Made by a program: the position numbers and the translations under genes
Notes under the pieces: generated by a model
The model's input: the letters and a program-made list of their open reading frames with translations, nothing else
The model's database searches: none
What the model was told of the DNA's origin: nothing
From: a virus
Lineage: Duplodnaviria; Caudoviricetes
Direction: 5' to 3' (one strand)
DNA: 24,611 nt
Virus record (IMG/VR): IMGVR_UViG_3300017908_000121
Location: 1-24,611 of that record
Shown here: piece after piece, positions 9,222-16,911 of the stretch
Layout: each line of letters begins with the position of its first letter
Position numbering within the stretch: the stretch's first letter is position 1

Positions 9222-10674
9222 ACCACTCTTTCAATAATGTTCTTTGGGGAGTTGCATTTTTTACATTATTATCTAGCGTTTCAATGTACTTATCGAACCT
9301 ACTAATAATATCAACTGTTTCGGGATACCAATAATTCTTTTTAGGAATCTCAGGCATCAACTGTAGCAACCATGCTTGCCAGTTAGTGCCTCCAAAGAAT
9401 GAACTCTGAGTATCTCCTTGAAATACTCCTGTGTTAGGGTTTAGTATTTGTCCTTCAAATATTTTTTGCATACCAGACTTTTCATGAGCTAATCTTACAT
9501 AATCCCAGAACTTACCTTTTCTTTCACAGTAAGAATAATGCATATTTACATAATCCACAGCAGTTTCAAATGATGCTTTCATTCTTGTATTATACATGTC
9601 TGCTGCATATTTTGGGTTGTAAATACATCCATATATTGCCTCTTCAAGATATTCGCAACCTCTTATCATTAGAGCAAGACCTGTACTCTCTAATGGTTCT
9701 ATGAATCCAGCACTCAGTCCAATAGCAACTGCATTTCCCTTCCAGAATTTTTCAGTATATTGTGGTTTCCAATCTAGTAATCTCATTTCATCTGGTTTGA
9801 TTCTACCATTCCAGTGTTCTGAAAATGCCTGTGCTACAGTATCTGGATCTGTTATAGTTCTATTGAAACAATATCCTGTTCCAATTCTAGATCTAGTTGG
9901 TATTCTCCATCTCCAACCATGTTCCATAGCCTGGCAATCAGTATATGGATGCATCTCTGTTTTTGGATCTTCATATTTTACTCTAGCAGCAAGAGCAGAA
10001 TCTATGAATAGTCTATCGCTAAGATCAATATTATCATCTCCGCCAATCAATAATTGATTCCAACCAGTACAATCTATAAACAAATCTCCTGTTATCTCTG
10101 ATCCATCTTCTAGTATTATCTTCTCAATATCATCTTCAATTTTTATTACTGTTTTAACATCAGATTGAATATAATTACAAATTTTTTTACAATTATCATG
10201 TAAAAATTTGACTAACTTTCCACAATCTATCTGATAAGCATATGTGTCAGCAATGTAATCTATCTCTATACAATTATTCATTGCTGATTGATACAGTGGA
10301 GATATGTCTTTTATATCATGTTTGTCTTGGTAGTTAGTCCATATATCATATAAGGGAACTTTCTTATCACCCACGCTAGTAAATCCAAATGGGTGCCAAA
10401 TAACTTTATCCTCTCTACCCCAGCCTGGAAATAATATACCAGCTTTAAATGTTGCATCAATTCTGTTCATCCAATCTTCTACTTTGAATCCCATCTTTTG
10501 CATTACGCCTGGGAAACTAAGAAGAGTTGCTTCTCCTACACCAACTCTTTCTGGTTCATACTTATCAATTACAGTTACATCTATAAGTTTACCCCATCTT
10601 CTACTAAACCAAGATGCAGTAATCCATCCAGCAGTTCCTCCTCCTACTACAACTATTTTTTTAACTTCTTTCAT
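9214..10674 (-). CDS. Flavin-dependent tryptophan-halogenase-like protein (PrnA family)
   Basis: VVGGGTAGW, GVGEAT, ATFKAGI (catalytic Lys position), FIDCTG, WRWRIP (WxWxIP) and FIEPLESTG. Confidence 0.9.
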   Translation of the reverse strand: MKEVKKIVVVGGGTAGWITASWFSRRWGKLIDVTVIDKYEPERVGVGEATLLSFPGVMQKMGFKVEDWMNRIDATFKAGILFPGWGREDKVIWHPFGFTSVGDKKVPLYDIWTNYQDKHDIKDISPLYQSAMNNCIEIDYIADTYAYQIDCGKLVKFLHDNCKKICNYIQSDVKTVIKIEDDIEKIILEDGSEITGDLFIDCTGWNQLLIGGDDNIDLSDRLFIDSALAARVKYEDPKTEMHPYTDCQAMEHGWRWRIPTRSRIGTGYCFNRTITDPDTVAQAFSEHWNGRIKPDEMRLLDWKPQYTEKFWKGNAVAIGLSAGFIEPLESTGLALMIRGCEYLEEAIYGCIYNPKYAADMYNTRMKASFETAVDYVNMHYSYCERKGKFWDYVRLAHEKSGMQKIFEGQILNPNTGVFQGDTQSSFFGGTNWQAWLLQLMPEIPKKNYWYPETVDIISRFDKYIETLDNNVKNATPQRTLLKEWYG

Positions 10675-12476
10675 TAGTTCTTTATTTCGATCATAAGACC
10701 GTACTCAGGCAAATAGAGGTATTCTATCAAACTATTTGCAAGAGTCCTTAGAGCGTCGTCTAGGGTCTCTACAAGAGGTTCTCCTCCCAGATTAAATGAT
10801 GTGTTGAATATTATAGGACATTCTGTTTTCTCATAAAACTTTTTAATTAAATTATAGTAATGAGGGTTGACATCTTCTGTTACTGTTTGAATTCTACATG
10901 TATCATCAACGTGAATAATTGCTGGAATTTTTTCTTTGATTCCGTCCTGACACCTAACGGCATACATCATAAATGGAGTATCATCCATACCACGAAGATC
11001 AAACCAGTCATGGACATGTTCTTTCAATATTGATCCAGCAAAAGGTCTGAAATACTCACGACGTTTGATAGTATTGACATGATCTTTTCCTTTTGGATCT
11101 CTAGGATCATACATGATAGATCTGTTACCCAAGGCACGAGGCCCTGCTTCTGATTGTCCTTGGAATAATGCAACAATATTTTTACTCGTAATAAGATCTA
11201 CTGCATCTTCATTTGTCGCTTCAAAAATTCTAGTTGCGTTATAATAATTAGCAAGATCTGTAATGTATTCTCTATCATATTCATACTTAGGCCCGTAATA
11301 TAGATCCTTAATCTGTGGATGTATCTTTGTATTCTTACTGACTCTTTGATATTGTAAGTACGCTGCACCGATAGCTGTTCCAGCATCATTACTTACTGGT
11401 TCTACAAATAGATTGATACCTTCATCTTTCAACTGTTCAAGATACCAGTAGTTTGCAACACAGTTCAATCCATATCCACCAGATAGAACAACATTTTTAT
11501 TACCACTCATATCAACTGCCTTACGAATCAAATCTAAAACCATTTGTTCTGACTCAGTTTGAATGGCATATGCCATGTCTCTACGACTTTTTAGTTTTGT
11601 TAGATCTGTTTTTTCATTTATATCGGCAGGATCTCGAAGTTCTGTAAATCTACCTTTGTTTACAACAGCACCATTAGGATATGTTGGTACAATTAAATCT
11701 CTATTGGTAGTAGACCAATCACTCATGCCATCGTAATTTGTATAGATGTCTGGTATGTTTAAATTTTGACTACCATATGGGAAAAGTCCCATAGTTTTAC
11801 CAGCCTCAATAGGAGCCCATCCACAATATTGTGTGACTGCCTCATATGCTTTTACAATACCAGCAGACTCATCTATTACTAATTCGTGAGTTCCCTCTTC
11901 TTCATAGAATTTGGATTCAAAGTTAGGTATTCTAGTAGAAGCCCATGGCCCTCTACCCCCTTGATGTTTGTATAGGGTGGTAAATTTGTCTGGGTAAGCA
12001 CAATCAATTATAGTTTCTAGTTCCCATGTTATTGTATCTTCTCCCTCAATATTCATTGGTATAAATGTCCCAGCACCATCTACAATTACAGAAACTGCAC
12101 TCTTAAATCCTGATCTAAAGAAAGCACATGAAGAGTGAAGTTTATGGTGCATATGACTCATATCAATCACTTGAGGATGATTGTAAATATCTTTCTTCCT
12201 GTCTATCAAACCTAACTTTCTTGCTAGGCCTGTGTACATATTTTCGCCAGTAAAATCTATAGTACCAGCTTGATCTAATGGTTGTGTATGAGCAATCACA
12301 AGGTAGTCTAAAGTATCGGTATAATCCAATATCTTGACCATAGAGGCTAGTGGGCCTCCATCATATTTTTTTCTTGATAGTCTTTCTTCTTCTATAGAAA
12401 GAACAAGTTCACCATCCTTAAGTAAACAAACTCCAGAGTTATGACCTCTGGCGATTGCAGCAATCCATTGTGTCAT
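10674..12476 (-). CDS. O-carbamoyltransferase, NodU/CmcH/TobZ family
   Basis: EEERLSRKK, HHKLH, DGAG, GKTMGL, GGYGLNCVAN, NDAGTAIGAA, EAGPRALGNRS, KRREYFRPFA, HVDDTCRIQTV and NTSFN. Confidence 0.93.
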   Translation of the reverse strand: MTQWIAAIARGHNSGVCLLKDGELVLSIEEERLSRKKYDGGPLASMVKILDYTDTLDYLVIAHTQPLDQAGTIDFTGENMYTGLARKLGLIDRKKDIYNHPQVIDMSHMHHKLHSSCAFFRSGFKSAVSVIVDGAGTFIPMNIEGEDTITWELETIIDCAYPDKFTTLYKHQGGRGPWASTRIPNFESKFYEEEGTHELVIDESAGIVKAYEAVTQYCGWAPIEAGKTMGLFPYGSQNLNIPDIYTNYDGMSDWSTTNRDLIVPTYPNGAVVNKGRFTELRDPADINEKTDLTKLKSRRDMAYAIQTESEQMVLDLIRKAVDMSGNKNVVLSGGYGLNCVANYWYLEQLKDEGINLFVEPVSNDAGTAIGAAYLQYQRVSKNTKIHPQIKDLYYGPKYEYDREYITDLANYYNATRIFEATNEDAVDLITSKNIVALFQGQSEAGPRALGNRSIMYDPRDPKGKDHVNTIKRREYFRPFAGSILKEHVHDWFDLRGMDDTPFMMYAVRCQDGIKEKIPAIIHVDDTCRIQTVTEDVNPHYYNLIKKFYEKTECPIIFNTSFNLGGEPLVETLDDALRTLANSLIEYLYLPEYGLMIEIKN

Positions 12477-13684
12477 TATTTTTCTTCTATTTTTATACCT
12501 TTTCCATCTGATTTTAACAGATTTTTGATTTCCTGTTTGAAACCTTTTTTTGGTTTTGGTTTATTTAATGTGAAACTAGGTTTTGGAGCTCCTGTCATGG
12601 GAGGTATAGACATTGATGATGGAGTCATCTGACTACCACCAGAAAGTTGGAAAGCATCCTGTTTTGGTGGTTGAGACATTGGCATATCGCATGTCTGTTG
12701 TTCCTGTTGTGGAGGAACGAAAGTTCCAGTATATGCTCTTGGTTTACCTAATCTCTTCTTACAAGAATCAACAATTTCTTTTATTTGATTTTTACTCAAT
12801 TCCATTGCTTCATCATTGAATCTATCAACAGTTTCATCTTGAGTAATTCTAATCGGTGCATATTCTCTACGACCATCTCCTACATCAATAATGTCAAAAT
12901 CTTTGTGGCCAGGATAACTAATATTTTCTGGATATGTGGAACCAACAACCACGGTAGCAGTTTTACCAAGAGCTCTTGCAATATGTTGTCCCATACTATC
13001 ACATCCTATGAAATGATCTGCGACATCTATTACAGCAGACCATACTCTCATATCTTGTATCTGTGGTCTAGCTACTTGATGTTTATTTGATTCTTCATTT
13101 TCTTCAACTGGGAAACTATATTCACTCATTATGATTACTGCATAATCTTTTTTGAGTTGGTTTATAATTTCACAAGCACCGACAAGAGACATACTTCTTG
13201 ATGAAGCATCCGCCATAAATTCTCCAAGTTGAGTAATAGATCTACCAAATGGTTGAATTACTACAACTTTATCTTTCTTAGTTACTGATTTTACTTCTTC
13301 TACTACATTATACCCAGCAATAACCTCCATTTTATTAAGGTTTATTGTAGGTGCAGGCAACTCTCTAGGTTCATCTAACCCATTGATTGCGATATCATAT
13401 GCCTGTGATAGATTACACTTTTGATTATAATAATGCCATATTCTATATGGTTCTGGACTCTCGCAGTCTCTCTGTATTATATGCTCTTGAAAAAGATTTT
13501 TATGCCAATGATCATAGACTTTATGATCTAAAGTTGGATGTCCTTTGAAGAAGTCTGTGCCACCCTCACATACAATAATAAAGTCGTCATGGTTCTCTGC
13601 ATATTTCTCAAATGCAGGGATTGAACTTATTACTCTACCAGCTCCACCATTAACAAAAAACGCTTTCGATCTCATAGTTTTCAT
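12476..13684 (-). CDS. Glycosyltransferase, GT9 / heptosyltransferase-like GT-B fold, with low-complexity C-terminal tail
   Basis: N-terminal FVNGGAGRVISSIPAF, VVVIQPFG and HFIGCDSMGQHIARALGKTATVVVGST resemble the GT9 DS...H.A.A.G....G.T motif; sits with heptose pathway genes. Confidence 0.7.
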   Translation of the reverse strand: MKTMRSKAFFVNGGAGRVISSIPAFEKYAENHDDFIIVCEGGTDFFKGHPTLDHKVYDHWHKNLFQEHIIQRDCESPEPYRIWHYYNQKCNLSQAYDIAINGLDEPRELPAPTINLNKMEVIAGYNVVEEVKSVTKKDKVVVIQPFGRSITQLGEFMADASSRSMSLVGACEIINQLKKDYAVIIMSEYSFPVEENEESNKHQVARPQIQDMRVWSAVIDVADHFIGCDSMGQHIARALGKTATVVVGSTYPENISYPGHKDFDIIDVGDGRREYAPIRITQDETVDRFNDEAMELSKNQIKEIVDSCKKRLGKPRAYTGTFVPPQQEQQTCDMPMSQPPKQDAFQLSGGSQMTPSSMSIPPMTGAPKPSFTLNKPKPKKGFKQEIKNLLKSDGKGIKIEEK

Positions 13685-13702
13685 AATTCCTGTACTATAT
13701 AG

Positions 13703-14368
13703 TCACATAAAAAATACCTGTGCCAGACTAGGATGTTCGGTAAACATTGTACGGTTGAGTACAGCTCCATGAGTCTGTCTAGCTTCGTATAACACCATTG
13801 TATTATATTTCATCTCACTTGTAAACATAATATCTTTGTTTATGTCATAATTGTGACCATATGGATCATCTTCTTTCCATTTAAAGAAATTAGTTCCACC
13901 ATCACACTCCTCTTCCTTGTTCAAATATACTAAAGCTGCCCACTTAGATCCTATATTATCTTTATGATGAGTATATGTATAACAAACATCAGTAAATTTT
14001 TCCATTATATCTTCATGTGTCGTATGATTGACCATAAATTTCATCTCAGACCATTTCTGTTTAAACTCAGCATCATCATACTCTAAGTTATACCACTCCT
14101 TATGCTGACATAATTCACTGAATACTGGTTCAAGATTTTGAATCATATCTGGTCTATCTTCAACAACTCTTTTTCCTACTAATCCTCCACAATATTTTTT
14201 GTCTTTTTTCAGTTCACAAGATAGAGCATAATCTCTTATCTCGTCTGGATTTCTGTAGAAATCTTCTACTATAAAAACTTTTCTGTAAATATATCCATAA
14301 TCATTGTGCTTCCAATGATCGTAACATCTTTGTATGTGTGAAATTCTTACAGGATTTACTTCAAACAT
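13703..14368 (-). CDS. 2OG-Fe(II) oxygenase-like protein (DUF6445-like), paralogue of 5093..5815
   Basis: VEDFYRNPDEIRDYAL, HHKD, WAALVYLN, GGTNFF, EMKYNTMVLY...THG and LAQVFF. Confidence 0.72.
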   Translation of the reverse strand: MFEVNPVRISHIQRCYDHWKHNDYGYIYRKVFIVEDFYRNPDEIRDYALSCELKKDKKYCGGLVGKRVVEDRPDMIQNLEPVFSELCQHKEWYNLEYDDAEFKQKWSEMKFMVNHTTHEDIMEKFTDVCYTYTHHKDNIGSKWAALVYLNKEEECDGGTNFFKWKEDDPYGHNYDINKDIMFTSEMKYNTMVLYEARQTHGAVLNRTMFTEHPSLAQVFFM

Positions 14369-14381
14369 AATATTAGATAAT

Positions 14382-14406
14382 AAAAAAGATCCCCTAGAGG
14401 ATCTTT
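14382..14406 (-). terminator. Intrinsic terminator after the chaperone-like gene
   Basis: Minus strand AAAGATCC-TCTAGG-GGATCTTT hairpin followed by a T run. Confidence 0.7.
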
Positions 14407-14432
14407 GGTTATTTTATATATGTATTTTTAAT

Positions 14433-15215
14433 TTACATATATGGTGGCTTCCATGATTCAGCTTCTGTAGCGTCAGCATCAGGGTCTTTAGGTGGATCTG
14501 TATGTAATGGGTTCGCTGGGAACATTAGATCTGCGATGTTTGGTTCAACACCAGCTGCTTGCATTTTAGCAGGGAGATCTCTTAACTGTTGACGATATGT
14601 TTTTAGTTTAGTTTTCATATCATCAGGCATATCTTCTGCGATCATAGAGTCAGAAGATTCTAGCTCTCTATTTCTATGTTCTCTAACCATATCCCAAGTT
14701 TTGTCTAGATCTACACCATTCAACTTCTGTTTAGCTGTAAATGCTGAGATTGAGATATCGTCTGGGCCAGCAGAGCCTGGATTTGCAACTGTGATACTTT
14801 CAAAGTCGTAAATGTCATCTGGATATAAAACAGAACCATAGTAGAACTGTTGGTATCCATCAGCACTCAAATCAGGTGAGCCTGGGTGTGCAACATCAAC
14901 AGACAAGTCACGACTTTCTTCTTTCTCGTCAATGACTGGGCCTCTGAGTTGACAGATAAGTGAGTGTAGATTTGATCTAGCACAGTCTACTTCGTACCAC
15001 TGAACTACGTCAGCTGGTTTTGGACGACCATCTGCAATGTCGTCTTCGGTGAGTGGGCCATACTTTTCTTTACCATCTGCACCGATCTGTAAATAGATCT
15101 TGTCAGGGCCATCGTATGTCTGATCTCTCTGCTTACCATCACTGAATGAATGGTCTACCAGAAAGCTGTTCGGCAATGATAGTTGCCAGCCTTGTGAAAT
15201 AATTTTTGTTGCCAT
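14433..15215 (-). CDS. Putative tail fibre assembly chaperone
   Basis: C-terminal WDMVREHRNRELESSD...YRQQLRDLP matches the R..RN..L..SD...YRQ.LRDLP phage tail assembly chaperone signature; directly follows fibre-associated genes. Confidence 0.75.
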   Translation of the reverse strand: MATKIISQGWQLSLPNSFLVDHSFSDGKQRDQTYDGPDKIYLQIGADGKEKYGPLTEDDIADGRPKPADVVQWYEVDCARSNLHSLICQLRGPVIDEKEESRDLSVDVAHPGSPDLSADGYQQFYYGSVLYPDDIYDFESITVANPGSAGPDDISISAFTAKQKLNGVDLDKTWDMVREHRNRELESSDSMIAEDMPDDMKTKLKTYRQQLRDLPAKMQAAGVEPNIADLMFPANPLHTDPPKDPDADATEAESWKPPYM

Positions 15216-15246
15216 TTGGATTTATTCGGGTTTACTCCTTCGGCAC

Positions 15247-15254
15247 TATTTATA
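15247..15254 (-). promoter_or_regulatory. T4-type late promoter TATAAATA
   Basis: Perfect TATAAATA 32 nt upstream of the 15215 ATG, with AAGGAG between them. Confidence 0.75.
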
Positions 15255-15281
15255 AAAAAAGAGGGTCTATGACCCCCTTTT
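15254..15281 (-). terminator. Intrinsic terminator after the three Cys-rich genes
   Basis: Minus strand AAAAGGGGGTC-ATA-GACCCTC-TTTTTTT. Confidence 0.8.
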
Positions 15282-15301
15282 GAAAAATTTTCTTGTTTGT
15301 A

Positions 15302-16096
15302 CTAGACGTAAGTGATCTTGACGAGTCCGCCTCCGCCAACTCCACCCTGTCCACAGGCACCTGATCCGCAGTATGAAGTGATACCTCCCTGTCCACCATG
15401 TCCGTATGGTACAGTCCAGCAACCGCAACGAATCCAACACTGTCTTACACCGTAAGAAACACCTAGAGTTCCGATAAATGGAGCACCAGTTGGAATAGCG
15501 TCATTGTTGAAGAAACAGTGACAGTTGAAACCGCCAGGTCTGTATGATGTACCAGCGTGGTTGCCCATCGCAAAGTCTCCACCCCAAGCACCAGGCTGAA
15601 CACAACATCTTTCAAACTGAGTATAACAGTTTGATGGCCAAGAGTTAGTATAACAACCTCTAGATCCACCTAAAGCACAGAAGTTAGAAAGATTATATCC
15701 ATTTACATAGGAAGAACATCCATTACATCCCGTACATTCTCTTGAACAACATCTATAAACACCACCAGCGCAAACTGTATATGAACATCCACCGTTCGTA
15801 CTAATAGTTTTTGTATTGTAGAAACCTCCACCAGCACCAAACCAGTTTCCGCATCTATTACAGTTACATTCTCCGTGTCCGTTACCACCAGCACCCCAAG
15901 CTTCAAACGTAATTCGAGTTACGTTAGTTGGAACAGACCAGTTGCAACAACAACCTTGTGATCCCCAGCCTGGAGATCCATAAATCCATTTGACACACCA
16001 GTTAGAAAAAGATCCAGACTGAACCGCACTTGACGGAATAGATCCATCTACTATCCTGTCGTTGGAAACTTGTTTATAGGACGAATAATTTGCCAT
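15302..16096 (-). CDS. Cys/Gly-rich virion-associated protein, paralogue 3 (glycine-rich fibre-tip-like domain)
   Basis: W.VP..V..ITFEAWGAGG.G...GGGGLVKITY scaffold typical of phage glycine-rich domains; 26 Cys in 264 aa by manual count. Confidence 0.8.
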   Translation of the reverse strand: MANYSSYKQVSNDRIVDGSIPSSAVQSGSFSNWCVKWIYGSPGWGSQGCCCNWSVPTNVTRITFEAWGAGGNGHGECNCNRCGNWFGAGGGFYNTKTISTNGGCSYTVCAGGVYRCCSRECTGCNGCSSYVNGYNLSNFCALGGSRGCYTNSWPSNCYTQFERCCVQPGAWGGDFAMGNHAGTSYRPGGFNCHCFFNNDAIPTGAPFIGTLGVSYGVRQCWIRCGCWTVPYGHGGQGGITSYCGSGACGQGGVGGGGLVKITYV

Positions 16097-16105
16097 TTCT
16101 TTTCC

Positions 16106-16900
16106 TTAGAAGTATGTAATTTTGACTAGACCGCCACCGCCAGTTCCACCCTGACCGCAACATCTTCCACAATATGTAGTCATAGCGTTCATTCCGCCGT
16201 GACCATAAGGAACGATCCAGCAACCGCAACGAATCCAACATTCTCTAATAGACTGGTACGCAGTTGTACCGATTAGAGGTGCAGATGTTGGGGATTGTCC
16301 ATAATGATAACAGTGACACCAACCTCTGTAGGTATCATGTCTAGAGTTTGACCATGCAGAAGTATGGTTTCCTAAACCCCAGTCTCCTCCATTGTTTCCA
16401 GGCGCTCTACAACATGCGTTGTCAGAAGTACAAGCCTCAGTCCAACTTGGGTTTGCGTTTCCTCTTTGTCCACCAATAGCACAGAAGTTTGATAAGTTGT
16501 ATCCGTTTACATAGGAAGAACAACCATTACATCCATAACACTCTCTAGAGAGACATGGATAAACCGCAGCAGCACAGACACTATATGAACAACCAGCGTT
16601 AGTTGCAATCATTTTAGTGTTATAGTATCCACCCTGAGCAGCTTCGTAGTGATGACATCTGTTACATGAACATGCACCAGTACCATTTCCTCCAGCACCC
16701 CAAGCCTGAATCCACATGTTTTGTACACCAGTTGGAACAGTCCAGTTGCAACAACAGCCTGGTGAACACCTACACATGGTTCCATAAAACCACTTCACAC
16801 CGTAGGATGAGTTTGGTGATTCACTGAAGCTTGATGCATCCAGAGAATTACTAACTAGTTGATCTCCGTTAACTTTTTTGTATGATGAATAACTTGCCAT
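16106..16900 (-). CDS. Cys/Gly-rich virion-associated protein, paralogue 2
   Basis: Same scaffold (CCCNWTVP, WGAGGNG, CWIRCGCW, GGGLVKITY); 26 Cys in 264 aa; AGGA upstream. Confidence 0.8.
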   Translation of the reverse strand: MASYSSYKKVNGDQLVSNSLDASSFSESPNSSYGVKWFYGTMCRCSPGCCCNWTVPTGVQNMWIQAWGAGGNGTGACSCNRCHHYEAAQGGYYNTKMIATNAGCSYSVCAAAVYPCLSRECYGCNGCSSYVNGYNLSNFCAIGGQRGNANPSWTEACTSDNACCRAPGNNGGDWGLGNHTSAWSNSRHDTYRGWCHCYHYGQSPTSAPLIGTTAYQSIRECWIRCGCWIVPYGHGGMNAMTTYCGRCCGQGGTGGGGLVKITYF

Positions 16901-16911
16901 TACCTATCCTT

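Noticed and set aside
15415-16240. 25-bp exact match (15415-15439 and 16216-16240) between Cys-rich genes as a CRISPR-like or recombination repeat
   Set aside because: It encodes the invariant CWIRCGCW motif, rich in low-degeneracy codons, and there is no spacer array.
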